The notes under the pieces were generated by a model. It worked only from the letters and a program-made list of their open reading frames with translations. It was not told the DNA's origin and ran no database searches. DNA of 60,000 nucleotides from NCBI GenBank assembly GCA_965235115.1, contig OZ249436.1:12960001-13020000 (forward strand). Reading direction: 5' to 3'. Below, one piece after another: positions 25,702 through 40,700 of the stretch. Numbering within the stretch: position 1 is the first letter of the stretch; every line of letters starts with the position of its first letter. Made by a program: the position numbers and the translations under genes. The stretch is from Laetmonice hystrix (Eukaryota).

Positions 25702-28700
25702 AACATTAGATGCCCCTCGCCTATACCTTTCATTTCCACTACCTCACTGAACTGTTTGCATGGGTAGTAGGCCAGCCTATCAGATGTAGGGACTTCTCAG
25801 TATACTGTTTGGCCTCTCATAGTGCTTGTCCTCACAGTATACGGTTTGGCCTCACTGTACTGTTCGGCCTCACTGTAGTGTTTGCTTGGGTATTAGGCAA
25901 GGCAGTACCTTGTAGGGATTCGTCACTGTACTGTTTGGCCTCCCTGTACTCTTGGGCCTCACTGTACTGTTTGCTTCTATACAACTGTCGCCAGTAATAT
26001 AGGGACGCCTCATGTTGCATGTTTCCATGCCTTTATTGTCCAAGAGGCAGGCCATCCGTTTCGTCCATCATTTACTCCCATGTAATCTGTGTCCCCTACT
26101 GACCACCTGTAAGCGTCCGACAACGTTGTATGGTAGACCCAGTGGATGTTTGCCGTAAAGACTTAATTAACAAAGGCAAATGACGTTGTTCGCCTTTCTA
26201 TATCAGATATCCCATCCCAAGTAGAAACAGATGGCAGAGATGTTGCAAGCAAACACCATGGTGCGGTACTGAAGGGTCCGACTGCACTGCCACCTTCCGG
26301 CTACCGATGTAATCACCACCTTAGACCTGGCTGGGCTGGCAGGCACGTATGGCGCTTAGGGGAGAGACAGGTTTATGCAATGATAAGCGAAAAATGGCTT
26401 CATTTTTGATACGTCAAATTGAAATTACGGCCCAAAATTATGATTGTTAGGCCAGATGTATAACTGTCAACCGTATAGATCTCGTACGTTCGCTATATGA
26501 TATGTCTACTTCCCATTTGAGTATCTTCTCCAAATTTTAGCATTAGATACCCTCGCCTATACCTTTCTTTTCCACTACCTCACTGAACTGTTTGCATGGG
26601 TAGTAGGCCAGCCTATCAGATGTAGGAACCTCTCAGTGTACTGTTTGGCCTCTCATAGTGCTTGTCCTCACAGCATACGGTTTGGCCTCACTGTACTGTT
26701 CGGCCTCACTGTAGTGTCTGCTGGGGTATTAGGCAAGGCAGTACCTTGTAGGGATTCGTCACTGTACTGTTTGGCCTCCCTGTACCCTTGAGCCTCACTG
26801 TACTGTTTGCTTCTACAACTGTCGCCAGTAATATAGGGACGCCTCAGTCATGTTTCATGTTTCCATGCCTTTATTGTCCAAGAGGCAGGCCATCCGTTTC
26901 ATCCATCATTTACTCCCATGTAATCTGTGTCCCCTACTGACCACCTGTAAGCGTCCGACAACGTTGTATGGTAGACCCAGTGGATGTTTGCCGTAAAGAC
27001 TTAATTAACAATGACAAATGACGTTGTTCCCCTTTCTATATCAGATATCCCATCCCCAAGTAGAAACGAATGACAGAGATGTTGCAAGCAAACACCAGGG
27101 TGCGGTACTGAAGGGTCCGACTGCACTGCCACCTTCCGGCTACCGATGTAATCACCACCTTAGACCTGGCCGGGCTGGCAGGCACGTATGGCGCCTAGGG
27201 GAGAGACAGGTTTATGCAATGATAAGCGAAAAATGGCTTCATTTTTGATACGTCAAATTGAAATTACGCCCCCAAAATTATGATTGTTAGGCCAGATGTA
27301 TAACTGTCACTGTTATAGGTCTCGTACGTTCGCTATAGATAAATGGTTGTGATATGTCTACTTCCCATTTGAGTATCTTCTCCAAATTTTAACATTAGAT
27401 GCCCCTCGGCTATACCTTTCATTTCCACTACCTCACTGAACTGTTTGCATCGGTAGTAGGCCAGCCGATAGGATGTAGGGACGTCCCAGTGTACTGTTTG
27501 GCCTCTCATAGTGCTTGTCCTCACAGTATACGGTTTGGCCTCACTGTACTGTTCGGCCTCACTGTAGTGTTTGCTTGGGTATTAGGCAAGGTAGTACCAC
27601 CTTGTAGGGATTCGTCACTGTACTGTTTGGCCTCCCTGTACTCTTGGGCCTCACTGTACTGTTTGCTTCTACAACTGTCGCCAGTAATATAGGGACGCCT
27701 CATGTTTCATGTTTCCATGCCTTTATTGTCCAAGAGGCAGGCCATCCGTTTCGTCCATCATTTAGGCCTACTCCCATGTAATGTGTGTCCCCTACTGACC
27801 ACCTGTAAGCGTCCGACAACGTTGTATGGTAGACCCAGTGGATGTTTGCCGTAAAGACCTAATTAACAAAGGCAAATGACGTTGTTCGCCTTTCTATATC
27901 AGATATCCCATCCCAAGTAGAAACGGATGACAGAGATGTTGCAAGCAAACACCAGGGTGCGGTACTAAAGGGTCCGACTGCACTGCCACCTTCCGACTAC
28001 CGATGTAATCACCACCTTAGACCTGGCCGGGCTGGCAGGCACGTATGGCGCCTTGGGGAGAGACAGGTTTATGCAATGATAAGCGAAAAATGGCTTCATT
28101 TTTGATACGTCAAATTGAAATTTGCCCCCAAAATTATGATTGTTAGGCCAGATGTATAACTGTCAACCGTATAGGTCTCGTACGTTCGCTTTAGATAAAT
28201 GGTTGTGATATGTCTACTTCCCATTTGAGTATCTTCTCCAAATTTTAACATTAGATGCCCCTCGGCTATACCTTTCATTTCCACTACCTCACTGAACTGT
28301 TTGCATCGGTAGTAGGCCAGCCGATAGGATGTAGGGACGTCCCAGTGTACTGTTTGGCCTCTCATAGTGCTTGTCCTCACAGTATACGGTTTGGCCTCAC
28401 TGTACTGTTCGGCCTCACTGTAGTGTTTGCTTGGGTATTAGGCAAGGTAGTACCACCTTGTAGGGATTCGTCACTGTACTGTTTGGCCTCCCTGTACTCT
28501 TGGGCCTCACTGTACTGTTTGCTTCTACAACTGTCGCCAGTAATATAGGGACGCCTCATGTTTCATGTTTCCATGCCTTTATTGTCCAAGAGGCAGGCCA
28601 TCCGTTTCGTCCATCATTTAGGCCTACTCCCATGTAATGTGTGTCCCCTACTGACCACCTGTAAGCGTCCGACAACGTTGTATGGTAGACCCAGTGGATG

Positions 28701-31700
28701 TTTGCCGTAAAGACCTAATTAACAAAGGCAAATGACGTTGTTCGCCTTTCTATATCAGATATCCCATCCCAAGTAGAAACGGATGACAGAGATGTTGCAA
28801 GCAAACACCAGGGTGCGGTACTAAAGGGTCCGACTGCACTGCCACCTTCCGACTACCGATGTAATCACCACCTTAGACCTGGCCGGGCTGGCAGGCACGT
28901 ATGGCGCCTTGGGGAGAGACAGGTTTATGCAATGATAAGCGAAAAATGGCTTCATTTTTGATACGTCAAATTGAAATTTGCCCCCAAAATTATGATTGTT
29001 AGGCCAGATGTATAACTGTCAACCGTATAGGTCTCGTACGTTCGCTTTAGATAAATGGTTGTGATATGTCTACTTCCCATTTGAGTATCTTCTCCAAATT
29101 TTAACATTAGATGCCCCTCGCCTATACCTTTCATTTCCGCTACCTCACTGAACTGTTTGCATGGGTAGTAGGCCAGCCTATCAGATGTAGGGACTTCTCA
29201 GTATACTGTTTGGCCTCTCATAGTGCTTGTCCTCACAGTATACGGTTTGGCCTCACTGTACTGTTAGGCCTTACTGTAGTGTTTCCTTGGGTACTAGGCA
29301 AGGCAGTACCTTGTAGGGATTCGTCACTGTACTGTTTGGCCTCCCTGTACTCTTGGGCCTCACTGTACTGTTTGCTTCTATACAACTGTCGCCAGTAATA
29401 TAGGGACGCCTCATGTTGCATGTTTCCATGCCTTTATTGTCCAAGAGGCAGGCCATCCGTTTCGTCCATCATTTACTCCCATGTAATCTGTGTCCCCTAC
29501 TGACCACCTGTAAGCGTCCGACAACGTTGTATGGTAGACCCAGTGGATGTTTGCCGTAAAGACTTAATTAACAAAGGCAAATGACGTTGTTCGCCTTTCT
29601 ATATCAGATATCCCATCCCAAGTAGAAACAGATGGCAGAGATGTTGCAAGCAAACACCATGGTGCGGTACTGAAGGGTCCGACTGCACTGCCACCTTCCG
29701 GCTGCCGATGTAATCACCACCTTAGACCTGGCTGGGCTGGCAGGCACGTATGGCGCTTAGGGGAGAGACAGGTTTATGCAATGATAAGCGAAAAATGGCT
29801 TCATTTTTGATACGTCAAATTGAAATTACGGCCCAAAATTATGATTGTTAGGCCAGATGTATAACTGTCAACCGTATAGATCTCGTACGTTCGCTATATG
29901 ATATGTCTACTTCCCATTTGAGTATCTTCTCCAAATTTTAGCATTAGATACCCTCGCCTATACCTTTCTTTTCCACTACCTCACTGAACTGTTTGCATGG
30001 GTAGTAGGCCAGCCTATCAGATGTAGGAACCTCTCAGTGTACTGTTTGGCCTCTCATAGTGCTTGTCCTCACAGCATACGGTTTGGCCTCACTGTACTGT
30101 TCGGCCTCACTGTAGTGTCTGCTGGGGTATTAGGCAAGGCAGTACCTTGTAGGGATTCGTCACTGTACTGTTTGGCCTCCCTGTACCCTTGAGCCTCACT
30201 GTACTGTTTGCTTCTACAACTGTCGCCAGTAATATAGGGACGCCTCAGTCATGTTTCATGTTTCCATGCCTTTATTGTCCAAGAGGCAGGCCATCCGTTT
30301 CATCCATCATTTACTCCCATGTAATCTGTGTCCCCTACTGACCACCTGTAAGCGTCCGACAACGTTGTATGGTAGACCCAGTGGATGTTTGCCGTAAAGA
30401 CTTAATTAACAATGACAAATGACGTTGTTCCCCTTTCTAAATCAGATATCCCATCCCCAAGTAGAAACGAATGACAGAGATGTTGCAAGCAAACACCAGG
30501 GTGCGGTACTGAAGGGTCCGACTGCACTGCCACCTTCCGGCTACCGATGTAATCACCACCTTAGACCTGGCCGGGCTGGCAGGCACGTATGGCGCCTAGG
30601 GGAGAGACAGGTTTATGCAATGATAAGCGAAAAATGGCTTCATTTTTGATACGTCAAATTGAAATTACGCCCCCAAAATTATGATTGTTAGGCCAGATGT
30701 ATAACTGTCACTCTTATAGGTCTCGTACGTTCGCTATAGATAAATGGTTGTGATATGTCTACTTCCAATTTGAGTATCTTCTCCAAATTTTAACATTAGA
30801 TGCCCCTCGCCTATACCTTTCACTTCCACTACCTCACTGAACTGTTTGCATCGGTAGTAGGCCAGCCGATAGGATGTAGGGACGTCCCAGTGTACTGTTT
30901 GGCCTCTCATAGTGCTTGTCCTCACAGTATACGGTTTGGCCTCACTGTACTGTTCGGCCTCACTGTAGTGTTTGCTTGGGTATTAGGCAAGGTAGTACCA
31001 CCTTGTAGGGATTCGTCACTGTACTGTTTGGCCTCCCTGTACTCTTTGGCCTCACTGTACTGTTTGCTTCTATACAACTGTCGCCAGTAATATATGGACG
31101 CCTCATGTTTCATGTTTCCATGCCTTTATTGTCCAAGAGGCAGGCCATCCGTTTCGTCCATCATTTAGGCCTACTCCCATGTAATGTGTGTCCCCTACTG
31201 ACCACCTGTAAGCGTCCGACAACGTTGTATGGTAGACCCAGTGGATGTTTGCCGTAAAGACCTAATTATCAAAGGCAAATGACGTTGTTCCCCTTTCTAT
31301 ATCAGATATCCCATCCCAAGTAGAAACAGATGGCAGAGATGTTGCAGGCAAACACCAGGGTGCGGTACTGAAGGGTCCGACTGCACTGCCACCTTCCGGC
31401 TAACGATGTAATCACCACCTTAGACCTGGCCGGGCTGGCAGGCACGTATGGCGCTTAAGGGAGAGACAGGTTTATGCAATGATAAGCGAAAAATGGCTTT
31501 ATTTTTGATACGTCAAATTGAAATTACCCCCTGCAAAATTATGATTGTTAGGCCAGATGTATAACTGTCACCCGTATAGGTCTCGTACGTTCGCTAGAGA
31601 TAAATGGTTGTGATATGTCTACTTCCCATTTGAGTATCTTCTCCAAATTTTAACATTAGATGCGCCTCGCCTATACCTTTCATTTCTACTACCTCACTGA

Positions 31701-34700
31701 ATTGTTTGCATGGGTAGTAGGCCAGCCGATCAGATGTAGGGACTTCTCAGTGTACTGTTTGGCCTCTCATAGTGCTTGTCCTCACAGTATACGGTTTGGC
31801 CTCACTGTACTGTTCGGCCTCACTGTAGTGTTTGCTTGGGTATTAGGCAAGGCAGTACCTTGTAGGGATTCGTCACTGTACTGTTTGGCCTCCCTGTACT
31901 CTTTGGCCTCACTGTACTGTTTGCTTCTACAACTGTCGCCAGTAATATAGGGACGCCTCATGTTTCATGTTTCCATGCCTTTATTGTCCAAGAGGCAGGC
32001 CATCCGTTTCGTCCATCATTTAGGCCTACTCCCATGTAATGTGTGTCCCCTACTGACCACCTGTAAGCGTCCGACAACGTTGTATGGTAGACCCAGTGGA
32101 TGTTTGCCGTAAAGACCTAATTAACAAAGGCAAATGACGTTGTTCGCCTTTCTATATCAGATATCCCATCCCAAGTAGAAACGGATGACAGAGATGTTGC
32201 AAGCAAACACCAGGGTGCGGTACTAAAGGGTCCGACTGCACTGCCACCTTCCGACTACCGATGTAATCACCACCTTAGACCTGGCCGGGCTGGCAGGCAC
32301 GTATGGCGCTTAGGGGAAAGACAGGTTTATGCAATGATAAGCGAAAAATGGCTTCATTTTTGATACGTCAAATTGAAATTTGCCCCCAAAATTATGATTG
32401 TTAGGCCAGATGTATAACTGTCAACCGTATAGGTCTCGTACGTTCGCTTTAGATAAATGGTTGTGATATGTCTACTTCCCATTTGAGTATCTTCTCCAAA
32501 TTTTAACATTAGATGCCCCTCGCCTATACCTTTCATTTCCACTACCTCACTGAACTGTTTGCATGGGTAGTAGGCCAGCCTATCAGATGTAGGGACTTCT
32601 CAGTATACTGTTTGGCCTCTCATAGTGCTTGTCCTCACAGTATACGGTTTGGCCTCACTGTACTGTTCGGCCTCACTGTAGTGTTTCCTTGGGTACTAGG
32701 CAAGGCAGTACCTTGTAGGGATTCGTCACTGTACTGTTTGGCCTCCCTGTACTCTTGGGCCTCACTGTACTGTTTGCTTCTATACAACTGTCGCCAGTAA
32801 TATAGGGACGCCTCATGTTGCATGTTTCCATGCCTTTATTGTCCAAGAGGCAGGCCATCCGTTTCGTCCATCATTTACTCCCATGTAATCTGTGTCCCCT
32901 ACTGACCACCTGTAAGCGTCCGACAACGTTGTATGGTAGACCCAGTGGATGTTTGCCGTAAAGACTTAATTAACAAAGGCAAATGACGTTGTTCGCCTTT
33001 CTATATCAGATATCCCATCCCAAGTAGAAACAGATGGCAGAGATGTTGCAAGCAAACACCATGGTGCGGTACTGAAGGGTCCGACTGCACTGCCACCTTC
33101 CGGCTACCGATGTAATCACCACCTTAGACCTGGCTGGGCTGGCAGGCACGTATGGCGCTTAGGGGAGAGACAGGTTTATGCAATGATAAGCGAAAAATGG
33201 CTTCATTTTTGATACGTCAAATTGAAATTACGGCCCAAAATTATGATTGTTAGGCCAGATGTATAACTGTCAACCGTATAGATCTCGTACGTTCGCTATA
33301 TGATATGTCTACTTCCCATTTGAGTATCTTCTCCAAATTTTAGCATTAGATACCCTCGCCTATACCTTTCTTTTCCACTACCTCACTGAACTGTTTGCAT
33401 GGGTAGTAGGCCAGCCTATCAGATGTAGGAACCTCTCAGTGTACTGTTTGGCCTCTCATAGTGCTTGTCCTCACAGCATACGGTTTGGCCTCACTGTACT
33501 GTTCGGCCTCACTGTAGTGTCTGCTGGGGTATTAGGCAAGGCAGTACCTTGTAGGGATTCGTCACTGTACTGTTTGGCCTCCCTGTACCCTTGAGCCTCA
33601 CTGTACTGTTTGCTTCTACAACTGTCGCCAGTAATATAGGGACGCCTCAGTCATGTTTCATGTTTCCATGCCTTTATTGTCCAAGAGGCAGGCCATCCGT
33701 TTCATCCATCATTTACTCCCATGTAATCTGTGTCCCCTACTGACCACCTGTAAGCGTCCGACAACGTTGTATGGTAGACCCAGTGGATGTTTGCCGTAAA
33801 GACTTAATTAACAATGACAAATGACGTTGTTCCCCTTTCTATATCAGATATCCCATCCCCAAGTAGAAACGAATGACAGAGATGTTGCAAGCAAACACCA
33901 GGGTGCGGTACTGAAGGGTCCGACTGCACTGCCACCTTCCGGCTACCGATGTAATCACCACCTTAGACCTGGCCGGGCTGGCAGGCACGTATGGCGCCTA
34001 GGGGAGAGACAGGTTTATGCAATGATAAGCGAAAAATGGCTTCATTTTTGATACGTCAAATTGAAATTACGCCCCCAAAATTATGATTGTTAGGCCAGAT
34101 GTATAACTGTCACTGTTATAGGTCTCGTACGTTCGCTATAGATAAATGGTTGTGATATGTCTACTTCCCATTTGAGTATCTTCTCCAAATTTTAACATTA
34201 GATGCCCCTCGGCTATACCTTTCATTTCCACTACCTCACTGAACTGTTTGCATCGGTAGTAGGCCAGCCGATAGGATGTAGGGACGTCCCAGTGTACTGT
34301 TTGGCCTCTCATAGTGCTTGTCCTCACAGTATACGGTTTGGCCTCACTGTACTGTTCGGCCTCACTGTAGTGTTTGCTTGGGTATTAGGCAAGGTAGTAC
34401 CACCTTGTAGGGATTCGTCACTGTACTGTTTGGCCTCCCTGTACTCTTGGGCCTCACTGTACTGTTTGCTTCTACAACTGTCGCCAGTAATATAGGGACG
34501 CCTCATGTTTCATGTTTCCATGCCTTTATTGTCCAAGAGGCAGGCCATCCGTTTCGTCCATCATTTAGGCCTACTCCCATGTAATGTGTGTCCCCTACTG
34601 ACCACCTGTAAGCGTCCGACAACGTTGTATGGTAGACCCAGTGGATGTTTGCCGTAAAGACCTAATTAACAAAGGCAAATGACGTTGTTCGCCTTTCTAT

Positions 34701-37700
34701 ATCAGATATCCCATCCCAAGTAGAAACGGATGACAGAGATGTTGCAAGCAAACACCAGGGTGCGGTACTAAAGGGTCCGACTGCACTGCCACCTTCCGAC
34801 TACCGATGTAATCACCACCTTAGACCTGGCCGGGCTGGCAGGCACGTATGGCGCCTTGGGGAGAGACAGGTTTATGCAATGATAAGCGAAAAATGGCTTC
34901 ATTTTTGATACGTCAAATTGAAATTTGCCCCCAAAATTATGATTGTTAGGCCAGATGTATAACTGTCAACCGTATAGGTCGCGTACGTTCGCTTTAGATA
35001 AATGGTTGTGATATGTCTACTTCCCATTTGAGTATCTTCTCCAAATTTTAACATTAGATGCCCCTCGCCTATACCTTTCATTTCCACTACCTCACTGAAC
35101 TGTTTGCATGGGTAGTAGGCCAGCCTATCAGATGTAGGGACTTCTCAGTATACTGTTTGGCCTCTCATAGTGCTTGTCCTCACAGTATACGGTTTGGCCT
35201 CACTGTACTGTTCGGCCTCACTGTAGTGTTTGCTTGGGTATTAGGCAAGGCAGTACCTTGTAGGGATTCGTCACTGTACTGTTTGGCCTCCCTGTACTCT
35301 TGGGCCTCACTGTACTGTTTGCTTCTATACAACTGTCGCCAGTAATATAGGGACGCCTCATGTTGCATGTTTCCATGCCTTTATTGTCCAAGAGGCAGGC
35401 CATCCGTTTCGTCCATCATTTACTCCCATGTAATCTGTGTCCCCTACTGACCACCTGTAAGCGTCCGACAACGTTGTATGGTAGACCCAGTGGATGTTTG
35501 CCGTAAAGACTTAATTAACAAAGGCAAATGACGTTGTTCGCCTTTCTATATCAGATATCCCATCCCAAGTAGAAACAGATGGCAGAGATGTTGCAAGCAA
35601 ACACCATGGTGCGGTACTGAAGGGTCCGACTGCACTGCCACCTTCCGGCTACCGATGTAATCACCACCTTAGACCTGGCTGGGCTGGCAGGCACGTATGG
35701 CGCTTAGGGGAGAGACAGGTTTATGCAATGATAAGCGAAAAATGGCTTCATTTTTGATACGTCAAATTGAAATTACGGCCCAAAATTATGATTGTTAGGC
35801 CAGATGTATAACTGTCAACCGTATAGATCTCGTACGTTCGCTATATGATATGTCTACTTCCCATTTGAGTATCTTCTCCAAATTTTAGCATTAGATACCC
35901 TCGCCTATACCTTTCTTTTCCACTACCTCACTGAACTGTTTGCATGGGTAGTAGGCCAGCCTATCAGATGTAGGAACCTCTCAGTGTACTGTTTGGCCTC
36001 TCATAGTGCTTGTCCTCACAGCATACGGTTTGGCCTCACTGTACTGTTCGGCCTCACTGTAGTGTCTGCTGGGGTATTAGGCAAGGCAGTACCTTGTAGG
36101 GATTCGTCACTGTACTGTTTGGCCTCCCTGTACCCTTGAGCCTCACTGTACTGTTTGCTTCTACAACTGTCGCCAGTAATATAGGGACGCCTCAGTCATG
36201 TTTCATGTTTCCATGCCTTTATTGTCCAAGAGGCAGGCCATCCGTTTCATCCATCATTTACTCCCATGTAATCTGTGTCCCCTACTGACCACCTGTAAGC
36301 GTCCGACAACGTTGTATGGTAGACCCAGTGGATGTTTGCCGTAAAGACTTAATTAACAATGACAAATGACGTTGTTCCCCTTTCTATATCAGATATCCCA
36401 TCCCCAAGTAGAAACGAATGACAGAGATGTTGCAAGCAAACACCAGGGTGCGGTACTGAAGGGTCCGACTGCACTGCCACCTTCCGGCTACCGATGTAAT
36501 CACCACCTTAGACCTGGCCGGGCTGGCAGGCACGTATGGCGCCTAGGGGAGAGACAGGTTTATGCAATGATAAGCGAAAAATGGCTTCATTTTTGATACG
36601 TCAAATTGAAATTACGCCCCCAAAATTATGATTGTTAGGCCAGATGTATAACTGTCACTGTTATAGGTCTCGTACGTTCGCTATAGATAAATGGTTGTGA
36701 TATGTCTACTTCCCATTTGAGTATCTTCTCCAAATTTTAACATTAGATGCCCCTCGGCTATACCTTTCATTTCCACTACCTCACTGAACTGTTTGCATCG
36801 GTAGTAGGCCAGCCGATAGGATGTAGGGACGTCCCAGTGTACTGTTTGGCCTCTCATAGTGCTTGTCCTCACAGTATACGGTTTGGCCTCACTGTACTGT
36901 TCGGCCTCACTGTAGTGTTTGCTTGGGTATTAGGCAAGGTAGTACCACCTTGTAGGGATTCGTCACTGTACTGTTTGGCCTCCCTGTACTCTTGGGCCTC
37001 ACTGTACTGTTTGCTTCTACAACTGTCGCCAGTAATATAGGGACGCCTCATGTTTCATGTTTCCATGCCTTTATTGTCCAAGAGGCAGGCCATCCGTTTC
37101 GTCCATCATTTAGGCCTACTCCCATGTAATGTGTGTCCCCTACTGACCACCTGTAAGCGTCCGACAACGTTGTATGGTAGACCCAGTGGATGTTTGCCGT
37201 AAAGACCTAATTAACAAAGGCAAATGACGTTGTTCGCCTTTCTATATCAGATATCCCATCCCAAGTAGAAACGGATGACAGAGATGTTGCAAGCAAACAC
37301 CAGGGTGCGGTACTAAAGGGTCCGACTGCACTGCCACCTTCCGACTACCGATGTAATCACCACCTTAGACCTGGCCGGGCTGGCAGGCACGTATGGCGCC
37401 TTGGGGAGAGACAGGTTTATGCAATGATAAGCGAAAAATGGCTTCATTTTTGATACGTCAAATTGAAATTTGCCCCCAAAATTATGATTGTTAGGCCAGA
37501 TGTATAACTGTCAACCGTATAGGTCTCGTACGTTCGCTTTAGATAAATGGTTGTGATATGTCTACTTCCCATTTGAGTATCTTCTCCAAATTTTAACATT
37601 AGATGCCCCTCGGCTATACCTTTCATTTCCACTACCTCACTGAACTGTTTGCATCGGTAGTAGGCCAGCCGATAGGATGTAGGGACGTCCCAGTGTACTG

Positions 37701-40700
37701 TTTGGCCTCTCATAGTGCTTGTCCTCACAGTATACGGTTTGGCCTCACTGTACTGTTCGGCCTCACTGTAGTGTTTGCTTGGGTATTAGGCAAGGTAGTA
37801 CCACCTTGTAGGGATTCGTCACTGTACTGTTTGGCCTCCCTGTACTCTTGGGCCTCACTGTACTGTTTGCTTCTACAACTGTCGCCAGTAATATAGGGAC
37901 GCCTCATGTTTCATGTTTCCATGCCTTTATTGTCCAAGAGGCAGGCCATCCGTTTCGTCCATCATTTAGGCCTACTCCCATGTAATGTGTGTCCCCTACT
38001 GACCACCTGTAAGCGTCCGACAACGTTGTATGGTAGACCCAGTGGATGTTTGCCGTAAAGACCTAATTAACAAAGGCAAATGACGTTGTTCGCCTTTCTA
38101 TATCAGATATCCCATCCCAAGTAGAAACGGATGACAGAGATGTTGCAAGCAAACACCAGGGTGCGGTACTAAAGGGTCCGACTGCACTGCCACCTTCCGA
38201 CTACCGATGTAATCACCACCTTAGACCTGGCCGGGCTGGCAGGCACGTATGGCGCCTTGGGGAGAGACAGGTTTATGCAATGATAAGCGAAAAATGGCTT
38301 CATTTTTGATACGTCAAATTGAAATTTGCCCCCAAAATTATGATTGTTAGGCCAGATGTATAACTGTCAACCGTATAGGTCTCGTACGTTCGCTTTAGAT
38401 AAATGGTTGTGATATGTCTACTTCCCATTTGAGTATCTTCTCCAAATTTTAACATTAGATGCCCCTCGCCTATACCTTTCATTTCCGCTACCTCACTGAA
38501 CTGTTTGCATGGGTAGTAGGCCAGCCTATCAGATGTAGGGACTTCTCAGTATACTGTTTGGCCTCTCATAGTGCTTGTCCTCACAGTATACGGTTTGGCC
38601 TCACTGTACTGTTCGGCCTCACTGTAGTGTTTCCTTGGGTACTAGGCAAGGCAGTACCTTGTAGGGATTCGTCACTGTACTGTTTGGCCTCCCTGTACTC
38701 TTGGGCCTCACTGTACTGTTTGCTTCTATACAACTGTCGCCAGTAATATAGGGACGCCTCATGTTTCATGTTTCCATGCCTTTATTGTCCAAGAGGCAGG
38801 CCATCCGTTTCGTCCATCATTTACTCCCATGTAATCTGTGTCCCCTACTGACCACCTGTAAGCGTCCGACAACGTTGTATGGTAGACCCAGTGGATGTTT
38901 GCCGTAAAGACTTAATTAACAAAGGCAAATGACGTTGTTCGCCTTTCTATATCAGATATCCCATCCCAAGTAGAAACAGATGGCAGAGATGTTGCAAGCA
39001 AACACCATGGTGCGGTACTGAAGGGTCCGACTGCACTGCCACCTTCCGGCTGCCGATGTAATCACCACCTTAGACCTGGCTGGGCTGGCAGGCACGTATG
39101 GCGCTTAGGGGAGAGACAGGTTTATGCAATGATAAGCGAAAAATGGCTTCATTTTTGATACGTCAAATTGAAATTACGGCCCAAAATTATGATTGTTAGG
39201 CCAGATGTATAACTGTCAACCGTATAGATCTCGTACGTTCGCTATATGATATGTCTACTTCCCATTTGAGTATCTTCTCCAAATTTTAGCATTAGATACC
39301 CTCGCCTATACCTTTCTTTTCCACTACCTCACTGAACTGTTTGCATGGGTAGTAGGCCAGCCTATCAGATGTAGGAACCTCTCAGTGTACTGTTTGGCCT
39401 CTCATAGTGCTTGTCCTCACAGCATACGGTTTGGCCTCACTGTACTGTTCGGCCTCACTGTAGTGTCTGCTGGGGTATTAGGCAAGGCAGTACCTTGTAG
39501 GGATTCGTCACTGTACTGTTTGGCCTCCCTGTACCCTTGAGCCTCACTGTACTGTTTGCTTCTACAACTGTCGCCAGTAATATAGGGACGCCTCAGTCAT
39601 GTTTCATGTTTCCATGCCTTTATTGTCCAAGAGGCAGGCCATCCGTTTCATCCATCATTTACTCCCATGTAATCTGTGTCCCCTACTGACCACCTGTAAG
39701 CGTCCGACAACGTTGTATGGTAGACCCAGTGGATGTTTGCCGTAAAGACTTAATTAACAATGACAAATGACGTTGTTCCCCTTTCTAAATCAGATATCCC
39801 ATCCCCAAGTAGAAACGAATGACAGAGATGTTGCAAGCAAACACCAGGGTGCGGTACTGAAGGGTCCGACTGCACTGCCACCTTCCGGCTACCGATGTAA
39901 TCACCACCTTAGACCTGGCCGGGCTGGCAGGCACGTATGGCGCCTAGGGGAGAGACAGGTTTATGCAATGATAAGCGAAAAATGGCTTCATTTTTGATAC
40001 GTCAAATTGAAATTACGCCCCCAAAATTATGATTGTTAGGCCAGATGTATAACTGTCACTCTTATAGGTCTCGTACGTTCGCTATAGATAAATGGTTGTG
40101 ATATGTCTACTTCCAATTTGAGTATCTTCTCCAAATTTTAACATTAGATGCCCCTCGCCTATACCTTTCACTTCCACTACCTCACTGAACTGTTTGCATC
40201 GGTAGTAGGCCAGCCGATAGGATGTAGGGACGTCCCAGTGTACTGTTTGGCCTCTCATAGTGCTTGTCCTCACAGTATACGGTTTGGCCTCACTGTACTG
40301 TTCGGCCTCACTGTAGTGTTTGCTTGGGTATTAGGCAAGGTAGTACCACCTTGTAGGGATTCGTCACTGTACTGTTTGGCCTCCCTGTACTCTTTGGCCT
40401 CACTGTACTGTTTGCTTCTATACAACTGTCGCCAGTAATATATGGACGCCTCATGTTTCATGTTTCCATGCCTTTATTGTCCAAGAGGCAGGCCATCCGT
40501 TTCGTCCATCATTTAGGCCTACTCCCATGTAATGTGTGTCCCCTACTGACCACCTGTAAGCGTCCGACAACGTTGTATGGTAGACCCAGTGGATGTTTGC
40601 CGTAAAGACCTAATTATCAAAGGCAAATGACGTTGTTCCCCTTTCTATATCAGATATCCCATCCCAAGTAGAAACAGATGGCAGAGATGTTGCAGGCAAA

